Notes under the pieces: generated by a model
What the model was told of the DNA's origin: nothing
Databases searched by the model: none
What the model saw: the letters and a program-made list of their open reading frames with translations, nothing else
Translations under genes and position numbers: made by a program
Shown: in pieces, positions 10,714 through 21,328 of the stretch
How the letters are laid out: each line of letters begins with the position of its first letter
How positions within the stretch are numbered: the first letter of the stretch is position 1
Assembly (NCBI RefSeq): GCF_004010195.1
Contig: NC_057719.1
Span: forward strand, 74,929,358 to 74,953,241
Origin: Chiloscyllium plagiosum
Lineage: Eukaryota
DNA length: 23,884 nt
Direction of reading: 5' to 3'

Positions 10714-11078
10714 CTACAACTTGCATTGAAATATTGCTTCTAACATTGTAAAATTTCCAAGCCACTTATCAAGCATACGAACCAGCAGTTGACACTGAGC
10801 TACTAGAAGGAGATAATAGGGAAGGTAAGGCAGTTTTTAGAGGTTGTTAAAAGATGACAGAGAGGTAGATGTTTAGACTGGCTTTGGGAGGAGATTCTGG
10901 AGCCTGGGGTTTAGACAGCTGAAGATACATGGTGAAGCACTGAGATCATGGATATATAAGGTACCAATATTGGAAGAATGTTGAGATTTCAGAGGATGGC
11001 TGTGCTGGAAGGGATTACATGGATGGGTGAGGCTGGGCTGGGAGAGAGGTGATTTAGAAAGAAGGATAAGAACAAAGA
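10714..11078 (-). mobile_element. L2 LINE 3' end, diverged
   Basis: Starts ACAACTTGCATTGAAATA (reverse of the L2 tail ...TATATAAATGCAAGTTGT) and continues purine-rich with GGGAGGAGATTCTGGAGCCTGGGG...CAGCTGAAG (reverse of FS..AP.LWNSLP-like). Confidence 0.7.
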
Positions 11079-11085
11079 TGGGCTC

Positions 11086-11727
11086 AACAGGATAGTGAAG
11101 AAGGCGTTTGGTATGCTTGCCTTTATTGGTCAGTGCATTGAGTATAGGGGTTGAGAGGTCATGTCCCGGCTGTACAGGACATTGGTTAGGCCCGATTTGG
11201 AATACTGCCTTCAATTCTGGTCTCCCTGCTAAAGGGAGGATGTTGTGAAACTTGAAAGGGTTCAGGGTTTAAAGGATGTTACCAGGGTTGGAGGGTTTGA
11301 GCTGCAGGAGACGCTGAATAGGCTGAGGCATTTTTCCCTGGAGCATTGGAGGCTGAGGGATGAGCTCATAGAGCTTTATAAAATCATGAGTGGCATGGAT
11401 AGGGTGAATAGCCAAGGTTTTTTCCCCCAGCCAAGGGGAGTCCAGAATCAGAGGCGATAGGTTTAAGGTGAGAGGGGTAAAATTTACAAGGGACCTAAGG
11501 GGCAGCTTTTTCATGCAGAGGTTGGTGCGTGTATGGAATGAACTGCCAGAGGAAGTGATGGGGACAATATTTAAAAGGCATCTGAATGAGCATATTAATA
11601 GGAAAGGTTTAGAGATTTGGACCAAATACTGGCAGATGAGACTGGATGAAGTTAGGATATCTGGTTAGCATGGATGAGTTGGTCTGAAGGCTCTGTTTCC
11701 ATGCTATACATCTCTATGACTCTATAA
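11086..11727 (+). mobile_element. 5'-truncated CR1 LINE (young family)
   Basis: RLRHFSLEHWRLRDELIELYKIM and FFMQRLVRVWNELPEEV; tail CTCTATGACTCTATAAC. Confidence 0.93.
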
Positions 11728-11763
11728 CAGCTGTGCTTCAATTTGAAGATTATTTCATGTACT

Positions 11764-12243
11764 GGCATTGGAAGCAGTCCAGAGAAGTTTCACTGGGTTG
11801 ATTCTGGTATTGAGGGATCAGGAGAGGTTGAGTTTGTTGGGCTTGTTTTCATTAAAAGAATGGGAGGTAGCCTTATTGAAACATATAGGGTTCTTAGGAG
11901 ACTTGGACAGGGAAGAATTGGAGAGGTTGCTTCTTTATGTGGAAGAGTTTAGGCCCAGAGGCATAATCTCAGAATAAGGGGTCACCCTTAGGACAGAAAT
12001 GTGGAAGAATTTCTTCCCTCAGAGGGTAGTGAATCTGTCAAATTCTTTACCATAGAGGGCAGTGGAGGCTGGGTCATGAAGTGAAATCAGGACTGAGATA
12101 GATTTCTAATCAGTAAGGGAATCAAGGTTATGGGGAAAAGTCAGGGAAGTGGAGTTGAGGATTATCAGATCAGCCATGATCTCAGTGAAAGATGGAGGAG
12201 ATTGAATGGACTGAATGGCTTACTTCTGTCTCCCTCTATGTGC
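11764..12243 (+). mobile_element. Older CR1 subfamily, 3' ~480 bp
   Basis: LEAVQRSFTGLI, LIETYRVLRRL and TTCTTCCCTCAGAGGGTAGTGAATCTG; tail GATCAGCCATGATCTC...GACTGAATGGCTTACTTCTG. Confidence 0.88.
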
Positions 12244-12319
12244 GCCATGAAGGCCAATATACAGGCATGTTGGCTTAGTAACTAAATCATTCTTTGTTTT
12301 AACCCCTTTCGCCGGACAG

Positions 12320-12419
12320 GTGCAGTGCCACACATTCACAGGATACTGTTGGTGTGTTACTCCAGATGGGAAACCCGTGAGTGGATCTTCGGTTAAAAAT
12401 CAAACACCCGTGTGTTCAG
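12320..12419 (+). CDS. SMOC1: SMOC1 (SPARC-related modular calcium-binding protein 1) internal coding exon, thyroglobulin type-1 domain (equivalent to human exon 4)
   Basis: Polypyrimidine tract + CAG acceptor (AG 12318-19); 100 nt, phase 0 to phase 1; donor CAG|GTACCA. Translation VQCHTFTGYCWCVTPDGKPVSGSSVKNQTPVCS(G) has the TY-domain QC...YCWCV...G motif. It differs at about 4 of 33 residues from human SMOC1 as recalled (VQCHTYTGYCWCVTPDGKPISGSSVQNKTPVCSG) and is more distant from SMOC2. Confidence 0.96.
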
Positions 12420-12554
12420 GTACCATGCATTTACTTCAGTGTTTACAATTGTCCCTTATTCAAGCAGAATAAGTGTTTCGTTGCATGTGCTACCTCTGAC
12501 ATGCTCACTCTAGGGTCACACAGAAAGACCATTTTTGCTGGAGTCTGTCTATTT

Positions 12555-13045
12555 ATAGAGCCACAGAGATGTACAACATGGAAACAGGCCCTTCGGTCCA
12601 ACCCATCCATGCCGACCAGATAAACTAATCTAATCCCATTTGCCAGCATTTAGCCCATATCCCTCCAAACCGTTCCTATTCATATACCCAGCCAGATGCC
12701 TTTTCAATGCTCTAATTGTACCCACCTCCTCCATTTCCTCCGACAGCTCATTCCATTCATGTACCACCCTCTGCCTGAAAAAGTTGCCCCTAGGGTCCCT
12801 TTTAAATGTTTCTCCTCTCACCTTAAACCTATGCCCTCTAGTTTTGGACTCAACTATCCTGGTGAAAAGACCATGTCTATTTATCCTACCCATGCCTCTC
12901 ATGATTTTATAAAACTCTATGAGGTCACCCCTCAGCCTCTGTCGCTCCAGGGAAAACAGCCCCAGCCTGTTCAGCCTCTCCCTGTAGCTCCAACCCTGGC
13001 AACCTCCTTGTAAATCTTTTCTGAACCCTTTCAAGTTTAACATCT
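12555..13045 (-). mobile_element. 5'-truncated CR1 LINE (young family), 135 bp downstream of the SMOC1 exon
   Basis: Minus ORF YRERLNRLGLFSLERQRLRGDLIEFYKIM...FFRQRVVHEWNELSEE; tail at the left end. Confidence 0.95.
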
Positions 13046-13104
13046 GCCTTAAGATCTCAACATTCACTTGTCTGGGTGCACTGGCGAGATATTTTTAATC
13101 TTGT

Positions 13105-13175
13105 AGAGGGCCAGCACAGGCATGGGAGGCTGAATGTCCTCCTCCTGTGCTGTAACCATTCTGTGACTTTATGAA
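13105..13175 (+). mobile_element. Short CR1/SINE 3' tail remnant
   Basis: GCCAGCACAGGCATGGGAGGCTGAATGTCCTCCTCCTGTGCTGTAACCATTCTGTGACTTTATGA. Confidence 0.65.
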
Positions 13176-13177
13176 TA

Positions 13178-13454
13178 CAGTCGAATCCCCATATCCGTGG
13201 ATTCCATTTCCTCGGTTTCCGTTATATGCAGTTTACCGCGGCCCGAAAATATTACATGGAACATTTCAGAAGTAATTCCAGGGGGCTGCCGGGGTGGTAA
13301 ATTTCCCATTTAAATGATAGGATTCGCTACTATCTGCTGTTTTGGGCATCTGCGGGAGGTCTTGGAATGTGTCACCCGCGGATATGGGGATAGGGGAAGC
13401 GGGCGGAGGGGGTGCGGTGGTGCTGGGGGTGGGGGGGGGGGGGTTGCTGCGGTA
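13178..13454. mobile_element. Tc1/mariner-pogo (Tigger2/MER8-like) MITE with disrupted right TIR
   Basis: TA (13176-77) followed by CAGTCGAATCCCCATATCCGTGG. Inverted match CCGCGGATATGGGGAT at 13376-13391 (15/16 to 13185-13200). Subterminal CCGCGGCCCGAAAATATTACATGGAACATTTCAGAA and TACTATCTGCTGTTTTGGGCATC..GGAGGTCTTGGAATGT resemble recalled Tigger2/MER8 ends. Confidence 0.8.
13386..13443 (+). repeat. G-rich tract, G-quadruplex-capable
   Basis: GGGGATAGGGGAAGCGGGCGGAGGGGGTGCGGTGGTGCTGGGGGTG(13): six runs of at least 3 G. Confidence 0.75.
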
Positions 13455-13854
13455 CCAAGTTTCTTTCACAGTTAAACTGCTTCAGCACCTTTTCAACTTG
13501 CAAAGCCACAGTCGGGATGCCCAGAGGAGCCTGTTTCGTTAAGCTTTACGAACAGTTACTGAAGAATGGTTGACTATTTGCGATCTGGAGTGCGACCTTC
13601 CCTCGGTGTACATTCCACAGCGTTTGTTGCATTTTGCAAAAGAAAACCTGTGCCACTTTCCTGTCACTTCAAATATTATTCATAGAATGAGTTGAAGAAT
13701 GCTGGAGCATTGCCCCCAGCTGCTGTGATCACACGTGGTTAATTTACAAGTCCACCAAGTCAGTTTAGCGAAAGGAAGATCCCTCAGGAAGATGGAGGGG
13801 CTGTGGGAACTGAAAAACACCGGAAGAGTTGAAGAATGTATGCAGGGGAATGGC

Positions 13855-14129
13855 GCGGAGTCTGCACATTCCTCCCTTTGTCGGTGTGAGTTTCCTCCTG
13901 GTGCTCTGGTTTCCTCCCATAATCCAAAGATGTGCAGGTTAGGTAGAGTGGCCATGCTAAATTACCCACGGTGTCTATGGAAGTGCAGGATAGCTGGATT
14001 AGCCATGGGAAATGCAGGGTTACGGGGAGAGGGGAGGGTGGGTTAGGTCTAGGTGGGATGCTTTTTGGAGGGTTGGTGTAGACTCGATGGGCCGAGTGGC
14101 CTGCTTCCACACTTTAGGGATTCTATGAT
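13855..14129 (+). mobile_element. HE1-type V-SINE lacking the tRNA head
   Basis: Colinear with 5188-5395; carries an internal duplication of GTGCAGG(T/A)TAG..GCCATG; tail GGGCCGAGTGGCCTGCTTCCACACT..GGATTCTATGAT. Confidence 0.88.
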
Positions 14130-15033
14130 GGTTTTGAGCTGGCAGCCACATCCTCTTGCATTTGTAAAACAATGTGACCAGTCTATAGGAAAGAAGGACA
14201 CTTCTTCAGATGCTGCTGTAAGTAATTCAGACAATAACCCGGTTCTCTAAAAAGACATCTTTCTCTTAAATGGGTGGCTGGTTGGACATTAGATTGAATC
14301 CCAAACCTCTGTTTCACCACCTGATTCATTTCTGTCAGTCATTGGACAGTGAATGGAGGTGAAATTCCCTGGGGTTGCCTTTTGTTGGCCACTGGCTGGA
14401 CAACATGGGGGAAAACCCACTTACACAGAAGCTAGGATGGAATATTTGGCTGCGTTCCTGCAGGGGAAGTTCAGTGAGGGATGTACAATGGGACAGAGAG
14501 AAATAAATCAATGAAGGTGTGGAGAAAGAAGACAGATCCTAAGCTGGTCGAAAGTGGTGATGAATACGAAGTAAAGATGCTGGTTGCAGTATATGATGAG
14601 TGCTTTTAACTGATGATGAATTTATCATTCATGACCAATTGGCTCTCTCCCTATTTACACATTGTTGTTGATGCAGTGGAGTGAGGGCGGTCCATGTTGA
14701 ATATCTTTTATTGAATACCACCTCGGAACTATCCTGTAAGACCTTAGCACACTAATCCTTAGCTCACTTTACACCAAATATCTCCTCTCAATGGTTTTAA
14801 CGGCATTTGCTTGAAGTATAACAGTGGATTCATTTCAAGAGCCCAGAGAATATATTTATACTTAGCCACTCCTTTCAAAGCAAAAGCAGAAATGCTTTGA
14901 TCCGTAGAGGTGCCAAGATAGTGTGTGAACTCTCTCTCCCTCTGAAAACTGTCTGTATTCAATATTGATGGCCCCTTATTATTGAGTACTGTGAGTGATT
15001 GGTCTGTAAATGGCGATCTTCTTTATTTTGAAG

Positions 15034-15081
15034 GTTCAGTAACCGATAAACCCTCAGGACCCAGCAGTTCCGGCAGAAAAG
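15034..15081 (+). CDS. SMOC1: SMOC1 48-nt linker exon (equivalent to human exon 5)
   Basis: Acceptor TCTTCTTTATTTTGAAG|, donor AAG|GTGAGT; phase 1 to phase 1, in frame with the 12320-12419 exon. Translation (G)SVTDKPSGPSSSGRK(D) versus recalled human GSVTDKPLSQGNSGRKD. Confidence 0.94.
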
Positions 15082-16408
15082 GTGAGTTGAGTTTCCTTGC
15101 CTTGATCCAGCGGTCTCTTTCCTCTCTGCACGTTCCCAATGCATGGTAGTGATCACTGTGGTTCTTTAGACTATTGGGCAAGAGAGGAGGAGGAAGTCTT
15201 TATATGCCACTGATTATGATGGTGGCAAATTGTGTCCCTTTCTCTTAACCTTTAAAATGCGAGATTGCATTGCATGGTAGCTCGATTGGTCATCGGTATT
15301 CTGGTTTGGTTGTAGGTTGTTGGTGTATGAGATTTGTACATCTACTCGGTTGCTAAGCCTCACCTGCAGCCACCATGTTGCTGTAAGGAATATCATGAGG
15401 CTATAGTCCAATAGGTTGCTCCTTCACACAGTGTGCAATTGCCCCGGTACAAATTATAAATGTCTCGGTTGTGAATTTGTAATGCCTGACCTATGTGAAC
15501 TGGATTTGCCCGTTGTGTCCTTGTGTTTCTTTCCCAGTGAATTGACTTCCATGCTACACATCGAGATGACACTGGGACCATGAATGTTTGGAATTTAATA
15601 TAATGCTCTCCTCGGAATTCTAGGATTTTGCTGGTGTGGATTTTTTTTTCCCTGTGCTGTAGGGATCATCTGCCAGGCGCAATGGTGCTGGGAGGAATAG
15701 GATGTGAGCTTGTGTCTTGCTTCTGCACTTCTGGTGTGCTCCCAAACTTGGCATTGCCACGTGGGTAACATATTGAGCAGGCTCTCTTATGATAATGGGC
15801 AGGGAGGAAGATTGAACCACAGCACACAATGCCTCTCAGCTAACTTCAGATTTGCATGGGCAAAATTTGGGATTGCCAATCCCTAATGACTCTTTTGGCT
15901 ACAGATGGAACAGGGCTTTGTGCAACCTGAACTGGGATTAAGGCTGGTGGAGGTAGTTACCAACACTGAGTATAATGGGAATGGATGGGGCACCGTGGAA
16001 TTTCGTTATTGTTTCCTGTCTGCACTAATAGTGGGCATCTCCCAAACCCAATTCAGCTCAGACTTTCTTATTGATAAGGACACCATCTAGACATTGACCA
16101 GATTCTCACCTTTCTAACTGGAGGAGTGCCATCAATGGTCTGAGGGTTAGAATAAACAAGAAAAGCACAATGAGGTTGTGTTCATTTGTGCCTCATTATT
16201 AGGGATGCCACTTTTGTACACACTCAGTTTCAGACCCTCTGTGCCAGCATTAAGATAAACAAGTTGACTTGACACATATTAACAATAAAGCTCAAATGAA
16301 TAACTTTGATGTTTGTACAGCCCTTACCAACTGCAAGTTCTTTGATGTAACCTACCTCACATTTAGCAAGTGTAAAATTTGCTTTTTCCAATTCAGTCAA
16401 TAATGAAG

Positions 16409-18022
16409 ATATAGAACATTACAGCACACTTCAGACCCTTCGGCCCTCAACATTGCACTGTCCTATGAAACTAATCTAAAGCCCACCTAACCTACACTAT
16501 TTCATTCTCATCAATATGCCTATCCAATGACCATTTAAATGCCCTTAAAGTTGGGTGAGTCTACTACTGTTGCAGGCAGTGCATTCCATGCCCCTACTAC
16601 TCTCTGAGTAAAGAAACTCCCTTGAACATCTGTCCTATATTCATCACCTCTCAATTTAAAGTGAAGTCCTCTCATGCTAGCCATCATCATCTGAGGAAAA
16701 TGCTCTCCCTGTCCATCCTATCTAACCCTCTAATTATCTTATATATCTCATTTAAGTCACCTTTCAACCTTCTTCTCTCTAACGAAAACAGCCTCAAGCC
16801 CCTCAGCCTTTCCTTGTAAGACCTTCCCTTTACCAGGCAACATCCTAGTAAATCTCCTCTGAACCCTTTCCAAAGCTTCCACATCCTTCCTACAATGCTG
16901 TGACCAGAACTGTACACAATACTCCAAGTGCGGCCACACCAGAGTTTTGTATAGCTGGCACATGACCTCATGGCTCAGAAACTCAATCCCTCTACCAATA
17001 AAAGCTAACACCGCATGCCTTCTTAAAAACACTATCAACCTGGGTGGCAACTTTCCAGGATCTATGTACCTGGACACTGAGATCCCTCTACTCATCTACA
17101 CTACCAAGAATCTTACCATTAGCCCAGTATTCTGTATTCCTGTTACTCCTTCCAAAGTGAAACACCTCACACTTTTCTGTATTAAACTCCATTTGCCAAC
17201 TCTCAGCCCAGCTCTGCAGCTTCTCTATGTCTCTCTGTAACCTACACCATCCTTTGTCACGATTCACAACTCCACCGACCTTAGTGTCGTCTGCAAATTT
17301 ACTAACCCACCCTTCTACGCCCTCATCCAGGTCGTTTATAAAAATGACAAACAGCAGTGGCCCCAAAACAGATCCTTGCAGTACTGAACTCCAGGATGAA
17401 CATTTCCCATCAACCACCACCCTCTGTCTTCTTTCAGTGAGTCAATTTCTGATCCAAACCACTAAATCACCCTTAATCCCATGCCTCCATATTTTGTGCA
17501 ATAGCCTATTGTGGGGATCCTTATCAAACACCTTACTGAAATCCACATACACCACATCAACCGCTTTACCCTCATCCACCTGTTTGGTCACTTTCCTCAG
17601 AGAAATCAATAAGTGTTGTGAGGCATGACCTACCCTTCACAAAACCGTGTTGACTATCCCTAATTAACTTATTTCTTTCTAGATAGTTATAAATCCTATC
17701 TTTTATAATCCTTTCCAACACTTTACCCACAACCGAAGTAAGGCTCACTGGTCTATAGGGTTGTCTCTACTGCCCTTCTTGAACAAGGGAACAACGTTAG
17801 CTATCCTCCAGTCTTCCGGCACTATTCCTGTAGACAATGACGACATAAAGATCAAAGCCAAAGGCTCTGCAATCTCATCCCAGGCTTGCCAGAGCATCCT
17901 AGAATAAATCCCAACCGGCCCAGGGGACTTATCTATTTTTACACTTTCCAGAATTGTTAACACCTCCTCCTTGAGAACCTCAATCCCAGTAGCCTTTATC
18001 TTAGTATTCTCCTTAGCCACAT
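16409..18022 (-). mobile_element. CR1 LINE, ~1.6 kb of ORF2 RT domain + 3' UTR, frameshifted
   Basis: KSPGP...VPEDWRIANVVPLFKKG, QGSVLGPLLFVIFINDLD, SKFADDTKVGG (FADD at 17297-17286), LYKTLVWPHLEYCVQFWS, LFSLERRRLKGDL; different tail from the young family. Confidence 0.96.
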
Positions 18023-18410
18023 TGTTATATAACAATATGATTAGAAATTCTCAACTTCCAGTGTGGAGCATTGGTTGATTATACTTAGTTTGAAGACTTT
18101 TTAGTAAAAATAAATCAAGAAAATCTGATCAAAATATTTAACATAATTGTCCAATGTGGGAGTTGGAAACTTAGGATTTAGTGTCCTATTATGTACTAAG
18201 TAATAGGTAGTGTAGAAACCCCTTTCACAAAGCCTGAATGGCTGGATCCAGTCTAATCTGGGTTTTAAAGTTCATTTTAATGACCATCAGGGTTGATTTG
18301 TGGAACTCATTGGAAGTGGATTTAAAATCAATGAGGTATTAACTCTAAATATTTGAAACAAGATCCATTCTTCTGTTACCAACCAGGGGCAGATATACTG
18401 GGGCCCTGAA

Positions 18411-18428
18411 GTGTGTGTGTGTGTGTGT
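18411..18428. repeat. (GT)9 microsatellite
   Basis: GTGTGTGTGTGTGTGTGT. Confidence 0.95.
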
Positions 18429-18474
18429 AAAACTGCTTCTGATGTCTTCCTGGTCAGCAGCAGCCATTCCATTG

Positions 18475-18900
18475 CTCCAAAGAATTGATGGACTCTGCTT
18501 CATCAGTGGTTACTGGTAGAGAGTTCCACGTTCCTCTCTTTCATTTTCTTTTCCTTACCTCCCCTCTCCTAGCCCTTTTGGTGATTACTTTAATTTCTGT
18601 CCTCTCATTACAGTCTGGCTTCACCCAGGAGGAAGCAGATGCATCAAAGCCGTTGTAGCCCCGGGTAATTTTATTGGACATTTGCCATGCTCATATTTGG
18701 ACTGTTTTGCTTCTGCACACGTTTGTTGCAAATTGTAGTCTTGGCATCTTACAGGTCAGAGTCCAGCCTATCATACTGATGACTGCTGTTTGGAAGAGCT
18801 ATCCAGTTAGTCCCACCTCCCTGTCCTTTCTCCATAACTCTGTTTTCCTTTTCCATTACAGATAAGATTCCCATTTAAAAGTAACCTCTATAACTGCCAC
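18475..18900 (-). mobile_element. Two very old CR1 3' remnants (about 18475-18635 and 18755-18900)
   Basis: GGTAGAGAGTTCCAC (reverse of WNSLP) and GAAGAGCTATCCAGTTAGTCCCAC (reverse of the tail GTGGGACTAACTGGATAGCTCTT). Confidence 0.5.
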
Positions 18901-19528
18901 CCTTTAAATAGTATTTCTTTTTTACCCTGTGCAGGGCCCCTTTTAAAGAGCATTTATCCTGGCAAGCACTTACATGTCTGTTGACAATCTCCATCTGCTC
19001 CTAAAGTAACATCTCATTCAAAAAGAGAACGCACAGGGCAAAAAGAAAGAATCAGACAGCAGCGAGTGTGCCTTTTTAGTAACACAGGACATATTTCTCT
19101 CTCCAACTTACTGCCAGATTTTAAAACATTGGTCAATAAATCTCTGCATGCTTCCAAAGAAACACAAAAGCAAAACGTTGCCAAAGCAAGGCCTGGGGCG
19201 GAGAATGTCAGGAAACTTCAGATATTGACTTTCCCTCGATTTTCCTCATTCCCTGCGGTCGGAAGACTGTCTTTAAGGACATGGACTGCTCATGTACCTT
19301 GCCTGATTAGTGAGACTGTGAGGTGTCTTGAGCTGTCTCTGAGTGTGGAGGAGCTCCCTACTGAGTCAGATGCTGTCTCCATAAGCGAACTGAGTCCCCA
19401 GCAGCTATTGCTTAATGGTCACCAAGAGGTTGTTGTAATTCTCTCCAACGAGAGAGAAGGTAACTGGCATCCCTTGCTGTTCAATGGCATTAGCGTCAGT
19501 GAATCAGTCACCAGAAACTGGCCTAGCC

Positions 19529-19972
19529 CATGGCTACAGGTGCAGAGCAGAGGCTCAGAATTCTGCAGCGAGTAAATCCTCTCTCCCCAAAGCTAGTCCC
19601 TCATCTACAAGTCTCAAGTCAGGATTGCAATGGAATATTCTCACTTGCCTGGATGAGTGCAACTCCAACAACTCTGAAGCTTGACACCATGCAAACAGGT
19701 CATTTGATTGGAGTCCCACCATCTTCAACACTCATTCTCTCATCACCCATTCACAGTGGCAGCAGTGTTTTAATCAGCTACAAAATGTACTGCAGCAACT
19801 CACCAAGGCTCCTCATGATAGCTCCCACAAAGCCCACAACCTCTAGCTCCTTGAAGGACATGAACAAAAGCTACATGGGAATACCATCACCTGCAAGTTC
19901 CCCTCCAAGCCACACACCATCCTGACTTGGAAATAGATCACCGTTCCTTCATTGACGCTCTCTTCCTAACAG
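19529..19972 (+). mobile_element. LINE 3' ORF2 fragment of a distinct CR1/Jockey-superclade family
   Basis: ATGAEQRLRILQRV, IYKSQVRIAMEYS, LAWMSATPTTLKLDTMQ and YKMYCSNSPRLL: typical post-RT motifs (YK..VR..MEY). Confidence 0.85.
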
Positions 19973-20166
19973 CAATCAAAGAAGTAAATAAGTGGAGGTC
20001 TCTTCAGTGTGCTCACAGTCATGAATTAAAAAATAATTTTAAAAAATATGCAGCATGTTGTCATGTTCTGGAATGTGCTACTTAAGGGATTGCAGAATCA
20101 GATTCAATGGTTTTTTTCCAGAGGGGCTGGAATAAACACTGGGAAAATAAAAGGTTTTGCAGACCA

Positions 20167-21328
20167 AGAGTCATAGAGATGTACAGCACAGAAACCTTCG
20201 ATCCAACTCATCCATGCTGACCAGATATCCTAAATTAATCTAGTCCCATTTGGCAGCACTTGACCCATATCCCTCTAAACCCTTCCTATTCATGTACTCA
20301 TCTAGATCCTTTTAAATGTTGTAATTGTACCAGCCTCCACCATTTCCTCTGGCAGTTCATTCCATACATGCACCACTCACTGCGTGTAAACGTTGCCCTT
20401 TTAAATTTTTCTCCTCTCATCCTAAATATATGCCTTCTAGTTCTAGACTGTCCCTTTCCAGAGAAAAGCCCTTGTCTATTTACTCTATCCATGCACCTCA
20501 TGATTTTATGAACCTCTCTAAGGTCACCCCTCAGCCTCCGGCGCTCCAGGGAAAACAGCCCCAGCCTGTTCAGCCCCTCCCTATAGCTCAAACCCTCCTA
20601 TTCTGGCAACATCCTTGCACATCTTTTCTGAAACCTTTCAAGTTTCACAACATCCCTCCTTTAGCAAGGAGACCAGAATTGCACACAATATTCCAACAGT
20701 GGCCTAACCAATATCTTGTACAGCCGCAACATGACCTTCCAACTCCTATAGGAGAAAGTGAGGACTGCAGATGCTGGAGATCAGAGCTGAAAATGTGTTG
20801 CTGGAAAAGCACAGCAGGTCAGGCAGCATCGAAGGAGCAGGAGAATCGACGTTTCGGGCATGAGCCTTTCTTCAGGAAGATTGCTGAAGAAGGGCTTATG
20901 CCCGAAACGTCAATTCTCCTGCTCCTACGATGCTGCCTGACCTCCTTCCAACTCCTATACTCAATGTTCTGACCAATGAAAGGAAAACATAACAAATGCC
21001 TTCTTTACTATCCTATCTACCTGCAACTCTACTTTCAAGGAACTATGACCCTGTACTCCAAGGTCTCTTTGTTCAGCAACACTCCCCAGGACCTTACTAT
21101 AAAGTGTATAAATCCTGCCCTGATTTGCCGTTCCAAAATGCAGCACCTCAGATGTATCGAAATTAAACTCCATCTGCTACTCCTTGCCAATTGGCTCATC
21201 TGATCAAGATCCTGTTGTAATCTGAGGAAACTTCTTCACTGTCCACTACTGCTCCAATTTTGGTGTCATCTGCAAACCTACTAACTACACCTCCTGCATT
21301 CACATCCAAATCATTTATATAAGTGACG
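20167..21328 (-). mobile_element. 5'-truncated CR1 LINE (young family), interrupted by a PLE-derived insert
   Basis: YINDLDVNAGGVVSRFADDTKIG, MEFNFDTSEVLHFG, LFSLERRRLRGDL; tail at 20167 (AGAGTCATAGAGATGTACAGC). Confidence 0.95.
20751..20943. mobile_element. Non-autonomous Penelope-derived palindromic insert with 16-bp TSD and hammerhead core motifs
   Basis: TSD CCTTCCAACTCCTATA at 20735-20750 and 20944-20959. Inverted arms 20816-20875 and 20884-20943 (60 nt, 4 mismatches, 8-nt spacer). Motif CTGAAGA-A-GGGC(TTAT)GCCC-GAAAC-GTC. Confidence 0.9.

Noticed and set aside
18614..18664. 51-nt AG...GT pseudo-exon that could pass for the next SMOC1 exon
   Set aside because: The phase-1 translation (VWLHPGGSRCIKAVVAP) does not resemble the expected DDGSKPTPTMETQP, and the acceptor lies in an antisense CR1 remnant.
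19066..19575. 169-aa ORF
   Set aside because: GTG start, no recognisable domain or convincing splice boundaries, and it runs into a LINE fragment.
20325..20972. 215-aa ORF
   Set aside because: Antisense reading of CR1 plus the PLE insert.
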